A stretch of 64,000 bases of DNA from Gemmatales bacterium (GTDB lineage: Bacteria > Planctomycetota > Planctomycetia > Gemmatales > HRBIN36), in NCBI GenBank assembly GCA_041640595.1, contig JBEPZY010000001.1, positions 992,001 to 1,056,000 on the forward strand. The letters run 5' to 3'. Every line of letters begins with the position of its first letter. Position 1 is the stretch's first letter. Below are positions 62,300 to 64,000 of this stretch, piece by piece. The translations under genes were made by a program, and so were the position numbers. Under the pieces are notes generated by a model that saw nothing but the letters and a program-made list of their open reading frames with translations, had not been told where the DNA came from and searched no databases.

Positions 62300-63358
62300 A
62301 TGCATCGCCGTGAATTTTTGAGCCTGCCCAATCTGGCCACTTCTGCTGGACATATCCTCGGCCTGGTACAAGAGGTATCCGGAGAAGATCAGGCAAAGCT
62401 CGACCAGGAACTGGTTTGGCTGCGGTTCAGTCATGCAGCTATGGCGACCACGTTTGAACTAATCGTCCCCTACGGTACGCCGAACGCTCTCGAACTGGCG
62501 GAAGCGGTCTTCGACGCTATTGACGCCGTGGAGGCCGAACTCAGTGTGTACCGCGAGGATAGTTTCGTTTCCGAACTCAACCGCCGCGCTTTCCTGGAAC
62601 CAGTGCCGCTCGATGAACCCTTCCTGACATTCCTGAAAACAGCTCTCCGTTTGCACCGCGAGACCGAAGGGGCATTCGATTGCGCCATTCATCGGCTCAT
62701 CGAATGCTGGGGCTTTTTCCGCGGACCGCCCCGGGTACCCAATCCGCAGGAGCGCCAGTTCGCCTTGTCGCAAAGTGGCAGCCGCTGGGTTCAGCTTGAC
62801 GAAGAACGGCGAACCGTGCGGTTTCTCCGGCCGCACCTGGCCCTGAATTTCGGCAGCATCGGCAAAGGTTACGCGCTTGACCGGGCAGCCGAGTTAATCC
62901 GCGAGCACGGCACCTGCGCGCTTCTGCAAGGCGGGCGTAGTTCGGTGCTCGCTATCGGAAACCCACCCGGCGAACCTCGGGGCTGGCACGTCGCCATTCG
63001 CCACCCACACCAGCCAGACCAGGTGCTGGCGGAAATTTATCTAAAAGATAACGCTCTCGGTACCTCCGCCGCTACATACCGGCACCTAGAATGGCAAGGC
63101 AAGCGCCTCGGCCACATCCTCGACCCGCGCACCGGCTGGCCAGCTTCCGGCATGTGGAGTGCGAGCGCTATTGCTCCCACCGCTGCCGAAGCCGATGCGC
63201 TGGCCACCGCGTTCTTTATCCTGGGCGTGGAAAAGACCGGCTTGTTTTGTCAGACCCATCCTCAGTACGCAGCCATCTTGCTGCCGGTAGATGCGCGCAC
63301 TCCGCTGTTGGCCGACGAACACGGCATCACCCCGCTTCCACCCGTAACAACCGGGTAA
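62300..63358 (+). CDS. apbE: FAD:protein FMN transferase
   Basis: AMATTF, GAFD, FGSIGKGYALD, GHILDPRTGWP and ADALATA motifs. Confidence 0.92.
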   Translation: MHRREFLSLPNLATSAGHILGLVQEVSGEDQAKLDQELVWLRFSHAAMATTFELIVPYGTPNALELAEAVFDAIDAVEAELSVYREDSFVSELNRRAFLEPVPLDEPFLTFLKTALRLHRETEGAFDCAIHRLIECWGFFRGPPRVPNPQERQFALSQSGSRWVQLDEERRTVRFLRPHLALNFGSIGKGYALDRAAELIREHGTCALLQGGRSSVLAIGNPPGEPRGWHVAIRHPHQPDQVLAEIYLKDNALGTSAATYRHLEWQGKRLGHILDPRTGWPASGMWSASAIAPTAAEADALATAFFILGVEKTGLFCQTHPQYAAILLPVDARTPLLADEHGITPLPPVTTG

Positions 63359-63441
63359 TAATTCGCTTCCTGTGTGTGCTGGCGCTCGGCCGGGAGTCGC
63401 GCTGTTGTCCACTCCGAACCTTGTGGCCAGTGCGCGTTTCG

Positions 63442-64000
63442 CTACCGGCCGGGAAGTTGTTGGCGGAGTTGGCGGGCGGCTTCCACCATGTTTCGCAAGG
63501 CGGGGAGGACTTCTTCCCAGTGACGGGTTTTCAGGCCGCAGTCCGGATTGACCCAGACACGTTCCGGAGGAATTACCCGGATGACTCGCCGTAATATTTG
63601 CACGATGGATTCCACAGAAGGGATCGCCGGCGAATGGACATCGTAAACGCCAGGCCCGATTTGCCGTGGGTAGCTATGCCGCTCGAACGCTTCAATCACT
63701 TCGCCTTTGCTCCGCGTGGCTTCGATGGTAATGACGTCGGCGTCGAGCTGTTCGATGTAAGGCAGGATTTCGTTAAACTCGGAATAGCACATGTGGGTGT
63801 GGATCTGCGTTTGCGGCTGAGCGCGGGAGGCAAGACGAAACGCCTTCACTGCCCAGTCGAAATACTCCGGCCAGTGGGCTCGGCGTAGCGGAGCCATTTC
63901 CCGAAAGGCCGGTTCGTCAATCTGAATGACGCCGATACCAGCGGCCTCCAGGTCGCGGACTTCGTCCTGCAAAGCCAGAGCGATCTGCCAGGCCACTTCA
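63442..64000 (-). CDS. metE: Cobalamin-independent methionine synthase, C-terminal part
   Basis: [27 protein letters not shown] and [11 protein letters not shown] motifs. Confidence 0.95.
   Translation of the reverse strand, partial: EVAWQIALALQDEVRDLEAAGIGVIQIDEPAFREMAPLRRAHWPEYFDWAVKAFRLASRAQPQTQIHTHMCYSEFNEILPYIEQLDADVITIEATRSKGEVIEAFERHSYPRQIGPGVYDVHSPAIPSVESIVQILRRVIRVIPPERVWVNPDCGLKTRHWEEVLPALRNMVEAARQLRQQLPGR

Overview
GC-rich bacterial chromosomal segment, most likely from a planctomycete (inferred from a TIGR03000-type protein, two DUF1559/H-X9-DG-type proteins, a DUF4912 protein and a planctomycete-style RTX-like C-terminus). It is mostly housekeeping: rpiA-gnd-rpe, hemF, two moeA, dapL, nrdR, tsaE, glnA, clpS, xylA, cimA-valS, apbE and the 3' end of metE. 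It also carries a heme-c/PAS histidine kinase with two response regulators and a tRNA-Asn followed by a small accessory islet (HTH-nuclease, esterase-glycosidase-like fusion, desaturase). No integrase, transposase or cas gene was recognised. The best-supported unannotated system is a complete leader-peptide transcription attenuator in front of cimA-valS (promoter, 18-aa leader with Val-Ile-Ile-Ile, alternative hairpins, terminator). Other notable observations: an apparently catalytically dead NrdD-like protein translationally coupled to nrdR, an ECF sigma factor paired with an anti-sigma/DUF1559-like fusion, a loose N-degron cluster (clpS, divergent clpP, ate/bpt), a xylose isomerase with a swapped metal ligand, and several intergenic direct repeats with a 66-76 bp period. 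All family calls come from motif recognition by eye; no database searches were run.
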